Part shown: positions 39,165 to 49,193 of the stretch, one piece after another | Position numbering within the stretch: the first letter of the stretch is position 1 | Layout of the letters: every line of letters begins with the position of its first letter | Assembly: GCA_964291405.2 (NCBI GenBank) | Contig: OZ219926.1 | Span: 1,120,001 to 1,184,000 of the forward strand | From: Thermodesulfobacteriota bacterium | GTDB taxonomy: Bacteria; Desulfobacterota; Binatia; Bin18 | DNA length: 64,000 nt | Reading direction: 5' to 3' | The notes under the pieces: generated by a model | The model's database searches: none | What the model was told of the DNA's origin: nothing | The model's input: only the letters and a program-made list of their open reading frames with translations | Position numbers and translations under genes: made by a program

Positions 39165-40733
39165 TCAGCGACGCCTTTCGTCTGGGGCTTCCGCTTGCGC
39201 ACGGCTGGTGTATCCGCCACCAGTCGTGCGTAAGGTCAAGACTCCGCTCGCAAGGCGCCGGTCGGTGCAGAAGGTATCAACGCGTAGCTCCGCGTCTTCC
39301 GTCTGGATACTGAAGACCGGACGCATATCCGGGCCTGTCTCACCGGACGGTCCGTTGAGACAGGCCGTTACGGAGGCTGGTTGGCGGAGCGCCACCCTGA
39401 CTTCGGAAGCCGGTGCGCCGTACTCGTCTCCAGCGGCTCGCCTATCAGCAACGATTTCCAAACGTTCGATAGATATCTCAGGAAACGCGATCTCGCATTT
39501 TTCGACTGACGGCAGCTTGCGCCGTGCCAAATAACCGGGCGGACCCCAGCCGTTTACCCCGTCCACACCCGCCGCCCCAGGATAGATCAGAGCGTCAAGC
39601 GAAAAAATCCGATACTTGGCAAAACAACAACGCACGAACGCCTGGGTGGGCATACGGGGCAGAGGCTGGCCCGTACACGCGCTGAGCGCGGCCGAAACCG
39701 CGTTGATGATCTCACTGCCTGGGTGAGTCTGGCCCCAGCCGACCGCCGCGGGGTAAGCCGGTCGAACGAGCGATCCTTCTGTGGCCTGGAACTGAACGAC
39801 GCGCAGGACCCCGGAATTCATGGGCAGATCGTCCCCCAGCAGACTGATCACCGGCAGCAGGGCACTCCCACAGCTCGCACCCCAGGCACTATTCATAAAC
39901 GAGGGGCTTTGGGTATCCGAGTCGGAAAAATCGAGCGTTACCTGTCCGTCGCCCACTTCCAGTTGACAGCGGACAACCGGCGAGCGCTCGGCACAGTCAT
40001 GGCCCAATGTGGCCTGACCGTGAAAAACACCCGACGCCCAGTCGCGGAGCCGCGTCCGGGTCGCTGCTTCCGAATAGTCCAGGGCATATTCCAGCCCTTC
40101 GACAAGAGGCTCGAAACCGTACCGGGCCAGCATACGCTGGACGCGCTCCTGCCCCAGCGCCAGGGTGGCCAGCATGGCGTCCAGCAGGCCCCGGGTCTGG
40201 TCCGGCACCCGGCTGTTGAGCAGAACGGTCTGGTGGACATCTCTGTCCAGCCGGCCAAAGCGGGCAAGTTTGATCGGAATAATACGCACGCCTTCGGCCC
40301 AGACTTCCAAGGCCGGCGGGTTATAGCCGCCCACAATCTGACCGCCGAAGTCCGGCATATGGACCCGGACGAGGAGACAGCCCACCAGTTCCTCGGTGGC
40401 GTAGACCGGCGCAAAGACCGTCAGGTCCTGGGTCCGCGTCCCGCCCCGATACGGATCGTTGGTCACCACCAGATCGCCGGCCCGCAGATTGAACTCGTAA
40501 TAATCGAGAATGGCCTGCGCGGTGAGTGCCAGGGAGGGGATGTGAAACGGGTTTTCGGCAACCACCACCTCACCCCTCGCGTTGGTGAAGGCCACCGCAT
40601 AGGCGCGCGCCTCACTGACCGTCTCGGACGGGCTGTTATGCTCCAGGGCGATACTCATGTCGTCCACAATCGCCCGCAGATTATGACGCAGGATTTCGCG
40701 TTTGACAGGGCTTAATTTCGGTCTCTGGTCCAT
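39165..40733 (-). CDS. Hydantoinase B/oxoprolinase family subunit, divergent
   Basis: NDPYRGGTRTQD, HMPDFGG, LNSRVP, TGGGY; several conserved positions altered and C-terminus short. Confidence 0.85.
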   Translation of the reverse strand: MDQRPKLSPVKREILRHNLRAIVDDMSIALEHNSPSETVSEARAYAVAFTNARGEVVVAENPFHIPSLALTAQAILDYYEFNLRAGDLVVTNDPYRGGTRTQDLTVFAPVYATEELVGCLLVRVHMPDFGGQIVGGYNPPALEVWAEGVRIIPIKLARFGRLDRDVHQTVLLNSRVPDQTRGLLDAMLATLALGQERVQRMLARYGFEPLVEGLEYALDYSEAATRTRLRDWASGVFHGQATLGHDCAERSPVVRCQLEVGDGQVTLDFSDSDTQSPSFMNSAWGASCGSALLPVISLLGDDLPMNSGVLRVVQFQATEGSLVRPAYPAAVGWGQTHPGSEIINAVSAALSACTGQPLPRMPTQAFVRCCFAKYRIFSLDALIYPGAAGVDGVNGWGPPGYLARRKLPSVEKCEIAFPEISIERLEIVADRRAAGDEYGAPASEVRVALRQPASVTACLNGPSGETGPDMRPVFSIQTEDAELRVDTFCTDRRLASGVLTLRTTGGGYTSRAQAEAPDERRR

Positions 40734-40738
40734 AGGGC

Positions 40739-42805
40739 TTATTTGGCGACCTGAATGACATAGGTCAGAAACTGATCGAGCATCGCCTCTTGGTTCGGAT
40801 AAAGGACCACGCTCGTGTTTGCTTCCTCAATAATCGCCGGACCGGTGATCAGGTTGCCGGGCCGGACCCGCTCACCCGCGTAAATATCCGTTTCCACAAA
40901 GCCGTGCGGCTCGAAGTATACCGGGCGGCGGCCTTTGCGCGCATGGCCGGCGTCCTCGTCTTCAAACGGATGGCTTTCAAAATGCAGCGGCGCCCGCACT
41001 CCAATCATATCCAGGCGCACGCTGACGATCTCCACCGACTGCTCGGGCCGCTGAAATTTATAGATCTGCTCGTGCAGTTCGTGGAACTCCTCCAGGGTTT
41101 GCGCCAGACTGACCTCGCTCAGACGACGCGTCCGCGCCTGGATGGGCACGATCACTTCCTGGACCTGACCCTCGTAGCGAATATCGAGGAAACGCCGGAC
41201 CAGCACCTCGCGGATGCGGGAGCGATCACCTAACAGCGCCTCAGCCTCCTGGTGCAGACGCGCCAGCACGCCGTTCAGCTCCTCCAGGTCAACGCGGTCG
41301 GACTTGGCAATAAACGATTGCACTTTGGAGACTTTGAAGTTGGCGATTAAATTTCCCAGCGCGGACAGGACCGAAGCGTTTTTCGGAACCAGAATGGTGC
41401 GGATGCCAAGGTCGCGGACCTGCGTTCCCGCGTGGACCGGACCGGCTCCCCCAAAGGCCAACAGCGCGAAATCCCGCGGGTCCCGCCCCCGGGCGACCGA
41501 CACATAGCGGATGGCGTTGATCATGCTGTTGTTGGCAATGTCAAAAATTCCGCTGGCCGCCTCTTCCACACTGATATTCATGGGCTCGGCAATATACTGT
41601 TGGATTGCCTGGTGGGCGGCGTGTCGATCAAGCGCCATGTGTCCATCCAGAAAAGAGCCCGCGTCGAGATAGCCCAGGACAAGGTCGGCGTCCGTCACCG
41701 TGGGCTCGGTGCCGCCCCGGCCATAGCAGGCCGGCCCAGGTTGGGCACCGGCCGAGCGCGGGCCGACCCGGAGTGCCCCGGCATCGTCGAGCCAGGCGAT
41801 CGAGCCGCCGCCAGCCCCAATGGTATGAATGTCTATCAGCGGAACAGCGACCCGATAGCGGCTGATCCAGTTATCCACACCAACCTCCGGAGTGGAATCC
41901 TTAATCAGACAGACATCGTAACTCGTGCCGCCCATATCGGCCGTGATGACATTTTTATAACCGGACTGCTCGCCTAAGAACGTCGCCGCCACCACACCGC
42001 CCGAAGGACCGGACAAGACGGCATCCACGCCGTGCTCGCGCGCAAAGCCGATATCCATCATCCCGCCGTTGGACTGCATCAGGAAGAGTCCGCCCCGGAA
42101 TCCCTGGGCTTCGAGCCGGGCGGACAGCTGTTCCAGGTAGGCCCGCAGTTTCGGGCTGGTATAGGCGTTCACGACCGTGGTGCTGACCCGTTCGAACTCC
42201 CGTACCTGGGGCAGCACGTCCGAGGACAGCGTGACGAACAGGGCCGGATCAATCTCGTGGATAATGTCGCGCACGCGCCGCTCATGGACAGGATTCACAA
42301 AGCTGAACAGCAGACACACGGCAACGGCCTCGACCCCAACACCGCGCAGGTGCTCCAGCGCCGAATACACCTCCGCCTCTTCCAGCGGCGTGACAATCCG
42401 ACCGCTGGCATCAATACGCTCGGTCACCCCCAGTCGTTTCCCGCGCTCAACAATGGGATGGGGCGGCGGCAGACGGATATCGAACAGGCTTTCTTTATAC
42501 CCGCGGCGCAGCTCAATAACGTCTCGAAATCCCTTGGTGGTGATCAGACCGATATTCGCGCCGGCAAACTCCAGCATGGTGTTCGTGACAACGGTCGTGC
42601 CGAGGACGATGGGGTCAGTCTCGGCCAGAAGCGTCTGAAGAGAGATGTCAAAGTGAGCCGCAATCTGCTCCAGTCCGCCAAAGACGCTGGCCGCTTCGTC
42701 GGCGGCAATCGTCGGCGTCTTCCCGCTATACATCTGCTGGTCGGTATTGACCGCCACAAAATCGGTAAAAGTCCCGCCAACGTCGATTCCAATGCGATAG
42801 CCCAT
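40739..42805 (-). CDS. Hydantoinase A/oxoprolinase family ATP-binding subunit
   Basis: GIDVGGTFTD, LSGPSGGV, DMGGTSYD, GAGGGSIA, PGPACYGRGG..PTVTDA; start at MGYRI. Confidence 0.93.
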   Translation of the reverse strand: MGYRIGIDVGGTFTDFVAVNTDQQMYSGKTPTIAADEAASVFGGLEQIAAHFDISLQTLLAETDPIVLGTTVVTNTMLEFAGANIGLITTKGFRDVIELRRGYKESLFDIRLPPPHPIVERGKRLGVTERIDASGRIVTPLEEAEVYSALEHLRGVGVEAVAVCLLFSFVNPVHERRVRDIIHEIDPALFVTLSSDVLPQVREFERVSTTVVNAYTSPKLRAYLEQLSARLEAQGFRGGLFLMQSNGGMMDIGFAREHGVDAVLSGPSGGVVAATFLGEQSGYKNVITADMGGTSYDVCLIKDSTPEVGVDNWISRYRVAVPLIDIHTIGAGGGSIAWLDDAGALRVGPRSAGAQPGPACYGRGGTEPTVTDADLVLGYLDAGSFLDGHMALDRHAAHQAIQQYIAEPMNISVEEAASGIFDIANNSMINAIRYVSVARGRDPRDFALLAFGGAGPVHAGTQVRDLGIRTILVPKNASVLSALGNLIANFKVSKVQSFIAKSDRVDLEELNGVLARLHQEAEALLGDRSRIREVLVRRFLDIRYEGQVQEVIVPIQARTRRLSEVSLAQTLEEFHELHEQIYKFQRPEQSVEIVSVRLDMIGVRAPLHFESHPFEDEDAGHARKGRRPVYFEPHGFVETDIYAGERVRPGNLITGPAIIEEANTSVVLYPNQEAMLDQFLTYVIQVAK

Positions 42806-42878
42806 GGGTGCGTCTCGAATAGTTCTTAACTGAAATAAAGAGAAATACAAAAACCCTATGAGACCTTCTATGTCTCCC

Positions 42879-43283
42879 CTAGGGTACGACAGCCATTGCC
42901 TCAACTTCGATTCGGACCTCATCCGAGACAAGCCGGGCCACTTGGACCGTGGCCGAGACCGGCGGCTCACTCGGCCAATACTCGTTCCGGACCTCTTGAA
43001 TGGCCAACACATCGTCCATGTCCTGAATATAGACCGTCATTTTGACGACATCGTTCAAGGTCGCACCGGCCTCGGCAAAGATCGCTCGCATCTGCTCAAA
43101 GATGCGCCGTGTTTGCGCCTGCACATCGCCGGGGGCGACTGTGTTCCCGTTTTCGTCTCGCGCAGTCATGCCCGTTGTAAAAACAAGGTCGTGCCCCGCA
43201 GGTACCTGGATCGCTTGTGCCCAAGGCCCAAACGTGCCTGGCCGTGACCAGAACGAGGTGTTCAGGATCTTCTTTGTACGCAC
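42879..43283 (-). CDS. Rid family protein
   Basis: GDVQAQTRRIFE, DVVKMTVY, PPVSATVQVARL....RIEVEAMA; GTG start behind AAGGAGG. Confidence 0.88.
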   Translation of the reverse strand: MRTKKILNTSFWSRPGTFGPWAQAIQVPAGHDLVFTTGMTARDENGNTVAPGDVQAQTRRIFEQMRAIFAEAGATLNDVVKMTVYIQDMDDVLAIQEVRNEYWPSEPPVSATVQVARLVSDEVRIEVEAMAVVP

Positions 43284-43362
43284 TGTTTCCCTCCTTGGTT
43301 CATCGAGCGTGTTCCATTCGGATAAGACCCGGCCCTTTGGAGGACCGAATCTTGTACCCCGG

Positions 43363-45198
43363 CTACCGTTCCTTGCCGAGTTGCTCGCGTAGCTCTCGCG
43401 TGGCCTCCTGGTCGATAGCGAGCGTTTCATCCTCAATGCTACCGGTCAGGACAACGCCATACGCGACGCGTGCCTGCTCGACCGACACCCAGCGTTCAAG
43501 GACGTCACGACGAACATCTTCCGGATTGCGCTCGGTCGGCGGACCATAACCGCCGCCACCACAGTCCCGGTAGCGTATGAACTCACCAGGTAGCAGTTCT
43601 CCGGTAAAGATGTTCGGCAACGGCATCTCGTTCCCGTCCCGCTCGATCTTCGTTGCCCAGGCCTTACTGCCGGCCTGACCGCCCCGCACCCCTTTGGCCG
43701 GAGTCTCGTAGCCTTCCATAGGAAAGGTAAATGTCACTGCATCGCCTTTCGGACCGTATTCCGCTTCAATCGCAGGCGCGCCTCGAAACCGTCCCGGTCC
43801 ACCGCTGTCCTGGGCTAATTTTTCAGACTTGACGAACAACGGGTACTTCTGTTCGTCGATCTCAACGCTGTCCCGGTACAAGAGGCCCGAGATAACGGCA
43901 ATCCCGTAGGTCACCCAGCCGTCGCACGCAGGAGAAGCTGGCCCGCCATTGCCCCCAAGGATGAGCTGGTTGACGTAGGCAGCACCGTTGCGCCGCGTGT
44001 CCGTACCCGAGATAACGGCATAGCCTGCGTTTTGGGCAACCCCGCCTTCCGCCGTGCCCCAGCCATCACCGAGTTCGGCAAAGGCCGACTGGGTGATGCC
44101 TACCAGCCGGTTGGCCGGATTCGTGGTCGCGAGGGAACAAGAATGCGGAAAGCGCGGAATACCGACGACGCAACCTTCCCGGAGCTTGACGTGTATACGC
44201 CGGAAGCTGCCGGCATTGTGGGGGACGTCAGGGTCCAACGCGCTAAAGATGCCCTGCATGACGCTCGATATCGAACAGGCCTCCGACGAGTTCGCCCCGC
44301 CGGCAACGTTGTCCGGGTTGTCGCGGAGGTCGACTTCAATCCGACCAGCCTGCGTATCGATAGCAATTTCGACCTTGAGCGGGAGGCCATCGGGCAGACC
44401 TGGAAACGGGTCGTGCCGACCAGTCCCGATCACGTCGCCACTTGGCAGCTGCCTGATGGCGTGTATCATACGTCGTTCCGAATAATCCAACCACTCGTGA
44501 ACGAACGTCCTGATCGTCTCGGAGCCGTACTTTGCGACAAGGTCCTGAATCTTACGCTCCCCAACCCGGGCCGCGCCTAACATTGCCAGATAGTCCCCAT
44601 ACCACTGCTCGGGAACGCGGATACGCCGGCGACACAAACGGATAATGTCGTCGATATTTGCGTAGGCGCATTGAACGCGGACGCAGGGGAAGAGCAACGC
44701 TCCCTCTTCATAGACGTCGCGCGCAGCCGGCATATACGAGGTGGGCAAGGCATTGCCGATATCGGACAGGTGGGCCTTCGCAACCGCCGTGAACAGATGC
44801 TGCCCCTCGCAGAAAACGGGCACGAGGATGGTGTGATCTGCGGGATGGGAGTTCCCCAAGTATGGGTCGTTATGCAAAAAGGCATCGCCCTCGGCAAGAT
44901 CGGGATGCAGCTCACCCATGGCCTGGGCCTGAAGATGAGAGCCGTAGATATGAGCCGGCAACCCTTCCGCTGCGGCCAGGAGCGCGTGCCGGCCAGTCAC
45001 ACTGGTTGTGATTGAACATGAAAAATCACGCGCAATACTGATCGTGGCCGAGCGGCCGGCCCGGAGCAGGGTTTGGGTCATCTCGCGTACAATCGCTTCA
45101 AATCGGTTGGCCAGCACGGCCAGCAAGGTCGGATCAAGCGTGGTCTTCTGCACCTCTCGACTGTGTGTCTGCGCTGCCATCCATGCCGCCTTTCTCAT
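43363..45198 (-). CDS. Hydantoinase B/oxoprolinase family subunit
   Basis: RDFSCS, NDPYLGNSHPAD, AHLSDIG, DSGGPGRFRG, GGGGYGPP.ER. Confidence 0.92.
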   Translation of the reverse strand: MRKAAWMAAQTHSREVQKTTLDPTLLAVLANRFEAIVREMTQTLLRAGRSATISIARDFSCSITTSVTGRHALLAAAEGLPAHIYGSHLQAQAMGELHPDLAEGDAFLHNDPYLGNSHPADHTILVPVFCEGQHLFTAVAKAHLSDIGNALPTSYMPAARDVYEEGALLFPCVRVQCAYANIDDIIRLCRRRIRVPEQWYGDYLAMLGAARVGERKIQDLVAKYGSETIRTFVHEWLDYSERRMIHAIRQLPSGDVIGTGRHDPFPGLPDGLPLKVEIAIDTQAGRIEVDLRDNPDNVAGGANSSEACSISSVMQGIFSALDPDVPHNAGSFRRIHVKLREGCVVGIPRFPHSCSLATTNPANRLVGITQSAFAELGDGWGTAEGGVAQNAGYAVISGTDTRRNGAAYVNQLILGGNGGPASPACDGWVTYGIAVISGLLYRDSVEIDEQKYPLFVKSEKLAQDSGGPGRFRGAPAIEAEYGPKGDAVTFTFPMEGYETPAKGVRGGQAGSKAWATKIERDGNEMPLPNIFTGELLPGEFIRYRDCGGGGYGPPTERNPEDVRRDVLERWVSVEQARVAYGVVLTGSIEDETLAIDQEATRELREQLGKER

Positions 45199-45205
45199 AC
45201 GCCAA

Positions 45206-47287
45206 TCAGGGTATGCTGATGAGGTAGTTATTCAGCGACGCCACCTGGGCGACGCTATGGGGGTAGAGCACTATCGTCGTTGTCGGCTCCTCGATGATCG
45301 CCGGTCCGTGGAGCTGCATGCCGGGCTCAAGCGCTGATCCCAAGTACAGCGGAGTATCAGTGCGACCCTGACCTGCGAAATACACACTCCGGTGCGCATG
45401 GGGAATGGGCCCCCGCGGTGTATCCCGCGCAGGCGGACGGTCTGGTTGAATCCGATCCAGGAGCCCGGTCAAACGGCCCTTCCAGTACAGGCACTCGACC
45501 TCGGCCCCTTCTTCCTTGACGGCAAAAACGCGCTCGTGCACCCGATGGAAGCCTTGGACCAGGGCTGCTACGTCGCGCGGACCATCAAAGCGGTCCTTTT
45601 CCAAGGGAATCTCGAGTTCCCATACCTGAGTGGGATAGCGGGCTTCAACAAAGAAGTCCCGCTTAAAATTGCGGAGGCCCCGCCCCCGCAGCTCCGACTC
45701 AAGGGCGTCCATTTCGGTGTGCAGAGACTGCAAGGCCGCATTCACCTCGGTGTAGGCGAAATCGTCTGTCACGGCCAGTCTACTCAGACTGAATTCAGCG
45801 ACAATGTCCGAGTACTGTGCGCCGCAGGCGCTGAGCGCACCCGCGGTCCGGGGGACGAGCACCTGAGGACAGCCCAGGGCTTGGGCAATAGAGACAATAT
45901 TCAGTCCGGCGGCTCCTCCCCCAGCGACAAGCAGTGTCTCGCGCGGGTCAATCCCTTCGTTCACCGAAATCTCCTGGATCGCCTGCACCATGGCCTCACC
46001 GGCAATAGTCAGAATAGCCTGGGCGGCTTGGTCGATCGTCTGCTCCAGCGGCTCGGCAATGGTTCCAACGGCGTGCCGCGCGGCCTCCGTATCCAGTTGC
46101 ATCTGGCCTCCCAGGAAGTACGCGGGATTCAAGTAGCCAAGCACCAGGGCCGCATCCGTGACCGTCGGCCGTGTCCCCCCCCGTCCGTAGCAGGCCGGAC
46201 CGGGCTCAGCGCCTGCACTGTGTGGGCCAATACGGAGCAGCCCACCAGGGTCGATCCAGGCGATCGAGCCGCCGCCGGCACCAATGCTCCGGACATCGAC
46301 GGACGAGAGGCCGGTCATATGTCCAACCCACTGACCACCGAGCCAGGTTTCACGCGTGGCCTTTATCAGGCCATCCCGCACCAGACTGACGTCGAAGCTC
46401 GTCCCGCCCGTATCACACGTGATGACATCTCGGCTGCCAACTTCAGCCTGCGCGTAATGCAGCGCAGCCACCGGTGCAAGCGCGGGACCCGAGCGGATAG
46501 TATTAATAGGACGCTCCGCCAGCTCCTGAATGGGCATGACGCCACCGGACGATGTTGCGCCGAGGATCTCGCCACGAAAGCCGGCGCGGCTCACATCCTG
46601 GGCAATCTCCCGCAGATGGCGCTGCATGAGCGGTTTGAGTGAGGCATCGATGACGGTTGCCGAGGCCCGACGATATTCACGAATAATCGGGTTGAGCCGG
46701 GATGAGAGCGTGTAGGCAAGCCCCGGCAGTTCCTCCTCAATCAACCTGCCCAGAGCCGCTTCGTGTACCGGGTTGACAATGGACCAGACCAGACAGACAC
46801 CAATCGCCTCAATATGATGCGCACGGAGGCGCTTCAGAATACTGCGCGCATGCTCCACATCGAGCGGGACAACAACATCTCCCTCCGCATTCACTCGCTC
46901 CCGTATTTCAAAGGTGAGACGCCGCGGGACATAGGGTTCCGGGTAGGGTGCCGTGAAGTCATAGGCGTTGGTCTTGCCGCCCTCGCGGAGCACCAGAATG
47001 TCGGGAAAGCCCTCAGTTGTCAGAAATGCCGTCTTGCCGGTCTTCCCCTCGACCACGGCGTTCGTCGCGGTGGTCGTCCCATAGATAAAGAGGTCGGCCT
47101 GGCTGAGCAGGGTGGGCACGTCAGGCTCGCCAAGCTGCCGGGCCACGACGGTCAGGCCCTGCTCCATACCGTGAAAGAGCCGCTCTCGGGTAGTGAGGCC
47201 CTTTCCGATCGTCATGCGCCCCGTGTTGTCAGCGACAACAACATCGGTGAAAGTCCCGCCAACGTCAATGGCAATGCGATAACCCAT
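45206..47287 (-). CDS. Hydantoinase A/oxoprolinase family ATP-binding subunit
   Basis: IDVGGTFTD, GTTTATNA, DTGGTSFD, GAGGGSIA, PGPACYGRGG. Confidence 0.93.
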   Translation of the reverse strand: MGYRIAIDVGGTFTDVVVADNTGRMTIGKGLTTRERLFHGMEQGLTVVARQLGEPDVPTLLSQADLFIYGTTTATNAVVEGKTGKTAFLTTEGFPDILVLREGGKTNAYDFTAPYPEPYVPRRLTFEIRERVNAEGDVVVPLDVEHARSILKRLRAHHIEAIGVCLVWSIVNPVHEAALGRLIEEELPGLAYTLSSRLNPIIREYRRASATVIDASLKPLMQRHLREIAQDVSRAGFRGEILGATSSGGVMPIQELAERPINTIRSGPALAPVAALHYAQAEVGSRDVITCDTGGTSFDVSLVRDGLIKATRETWLGGQWVGHMTGLSSVDVRSIGAGGGSIAWIDPGGLLRIGPHSAGAEPGPACYGRGGTRPTVTDAALVLGYLNPAYFLGGQMQLDTEAARHAVGTIAEPLEQTIDQAAQAILTIAGEAMVQAIQEISVNEGIDPRETLLVAGGGAAGLNIVSIAQALGCPQVLVPRTAGALSACGAQYSDIVAEFSLSRLAVTDDFAYTEVNAALQSLHTEMDALESELRGRGLRNFKRDFFVEARYPTQVWELEIPLEKDRFDGPRDVAALVQGFHRVHERVFAVKEEGAEVECLYWKGRLTGLLDRIQPDRPPARDTPRGPIPHAHRSVYFAGQGRTDTPLYLGSALEPGMQLHGPAIIEEPTTTIVLYPHSVAQVASLNNYLISIP

Positions 47288-47504
47288 GGGCAGCCCCAAA
47301 CGATGCTGAGCTGAAATGCCGGATAAGTCCGGGCATTATACTCTCAGTCTTCCAGATATCCAGCGTTGTCTGTATATCTCACTGTTTTTTCTCCTGCTAT
47401 GCGTGCTTACCAGCGTGTCCCTGTAAGCGTCCCTGTGGCAATGATCTTATCACTACAGATAGCGTATCTGGACAGCTTGAGCCGGTGGCGTATTATTCAA
47501 GCGA

Positions 47505-49193
47505 GTGAAAGGAAAAGATGTGGCACGGGGACAAAAGCAGAAGAGACAAGACGATCACTCGCAGGACACCCATGACGCGACGACCGGCTATGAGGCCCAA
47601 CTCTGGGCCATGGCCGACGCCCTGCGCGGCAGCATGGACGCCGCGGAGTACAAGCATGTCGTTCTCGGTCTGATCTTTCTGAAATACATCTCCGACGCCT
47701 TCGAGGAGATGCACGCCCGTCTCGAAGGTGAACAGGATCAGGGCGCCGACCCCGAGGACCCGGACGAGTATCGCGCCGAGAATATCTTCTGGGTGCCGCC
47801 CGAGGCTCGCTGGACGCAGCTCAAGGCCCAGGCACGGCAAGCCACCATCGGCCAACTCGTCGATACCGCCATGACCGGTATTGAGCGCGACAACCCGGCA
47901 CTCAAGGACGTACTGCCCAAGGACTATGCCCGCCCGGCGCTCGACAAGCAGCGGCTCGGCCAGCTCATCGACCTCATCAGCAATATCCAGGTCGGCGACG
48001 CGGAAGCCCGCTCCAAGGACGTGCTGGGCCGCGTTTACGAATACTTTCTGTCGCAGTTCGCCAGCGCCGAGGGCAAGAAGGGCGGCGAGTTCTACACCCC
48101 GCGCTGCGTGGTCACGCTGTTGGTCGAGATGCTGGAGCCCTATCAAGGCCGGGTCTATGACCCCTGCTGTGGCTCCTCCGGCATGTTCGTGCAGTCGGTC
48201 GCCTTCATCCGTGCCCATCAATCCGGCAACGGTAATGGTGGCAGCGCCCCACAGGCCACCAGGGCCGACATCTCGATTTATGGCCAGGAGTCCAACTACA
48301 CCACCTGGCGGCTGGCAAAGATGAACCTCGCCATTCGCGGCATCGAGGGCCAGATCGCCCACGGCGACACCTTCCACAACGACCGCCATCCCGACCTCAA
48401 GGCCGACTTCATCCTAGCCAACCCGCCCTTCAATATCTCCGACTGGGGCGGCGAACGGCTAACCGAGGACAAGCGCTGGCAGTACGGCACCCCACCCAAG
48501 GGCAATGCTAACTTCGCTTGGGTGCAGCATATCGTCCACCATTTGGCACCGGTCGGTACGGCCGGCTTCGTACTCGCCAATGGCTCCATGTCGTCCAACC
48601 AGTCGGGCGAGGGCGCTATCAGAAAAAGTCTGATCGAAGCTAGCCTGGTGGACTGTATGGTGGCGCTCCCCGGCCAACTCTTCTATTCAACTCAAATCCC
48701 GGCCTGCCTGTGGTTCCTGGCCCGCAACCGCAGGAACCGGCAGTCCAGCGGCCGGCGCGGCGAAATCCTGTTCATCGACGCCCGTAAACTCGGTCGCATG
48801 GTGGACCGCACCCACCGCGAACTGACCGCCGCCGACATCGCCCGCATCGCCGACACCTACCATGCTTGGCGCAATCACCCTCCTTCCCCCTCGCAAGGCG
48901 AGCCCCATCCTACCCCCTCTCCCTCGAAGGGAGAGGGCCGGGGTGAGGGTGCCGCCGTCTATGCCGACATCCCCGGCTTCTGCAAGAGTGCATCCCTGGC
49001 AGACGTACGCAAGCACGGCTATGTGCTGACCCCCGGTCGCTATGTCGGCGCGGAAGCACGAGAGGACGACGGCGAGCCGTTCGAGGACAAGATGAAACGG
49101 CTGGTAGCAGAGTTACGCATGCAGCAGGCCGAGTCTGCGAAGCTGGACGTGGCTATCGAGGCCAACCTGAAGGAGCTTGGATTTGGTGGGTGA
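47505..49193 (+). CDS. hsdM: Type I restriction-modification methyltransferase subunit
   Basis: [39 protein letters not shown]. Confidence 0.95.
   Translation: MKGKDVARGQKQKRQDDHSQDTHDATTGYEAQLWAMADALRGSMDAAEYKHVVLGLIFLKYISDAFEEMHARLEGEQDQGADPEDPDEYRAENIFWVPPEARWTQLKAQARQATIGQLVDTAMTGIERDNPALKDVLPKDYARPALDKQRLGQLIDLISNIQVGDAEARSKDVLGRVYEYFLSQFASAEGKKGGEFYTPRCVVTLLVEMLEPYQGRVYDPCCGSSGMFVQSVAFIRAHQSGNGNGGSAPQATRADISIYGQESNYTTWRLAKMNLAIRGIEGQIAHGDTFHNDRHPDLKADFILANPPFNISDWGGERLTEDKRWQYGTPPKGNANFAWVQHIVHHLAPVGTAGFVLANGSMSSNQSGEGAIRKSLIEASLVDCMVALPGQLFYSTQIPACLWFLARNRRNRQSSGRRGEILFIDARKLGRMVDRTHRELTAADIARIADTYHAWRNHPPSPSQGEPHPTPSPSKGEGRGEGAAVYADIPGFCKSASLADVRKHGYVLTPGRYVGAEAREDDGEPFEDKMKRLVAELRMQQAESAKLDVAIEANLKELGFGG
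48876..48950. repeat. In-frame palindromic insertion in hsdM
   Basis: Encodes [25 protein letters not shown]; hairpin CCCTCTCCCT-CGA-AGGGAGAGGG followed by CCGGGGTGAGGG. Confidence 0.7.

Noticed and set aside
42806-43012. N-terminal extension of hydantoinase A given in the ORF track (likewise extensions of hsdR from 53851 and the glycosyltransferase from 26969)
   Set aside because: Extensions overlap neighbouring genes; family similarity begins at the downstream starts used in the feature list.
45392-46642. 416-aa plus-strand ORF (likewise 39723-40715 and 42032-42829)
   Set aside because: Antisense shadows of hydantoinase genes.
47411-47440. GTCCCTGT direct repeat upstream of hsdM as an operator
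   Set aside because: Only 8 bp twice and no cognate regulator nearby; could be chance.
47493-48389. 298-aa minus-strand ORF (likewise 53818-54711)
   Set aside because: Antisense to hsdM and hsdR.
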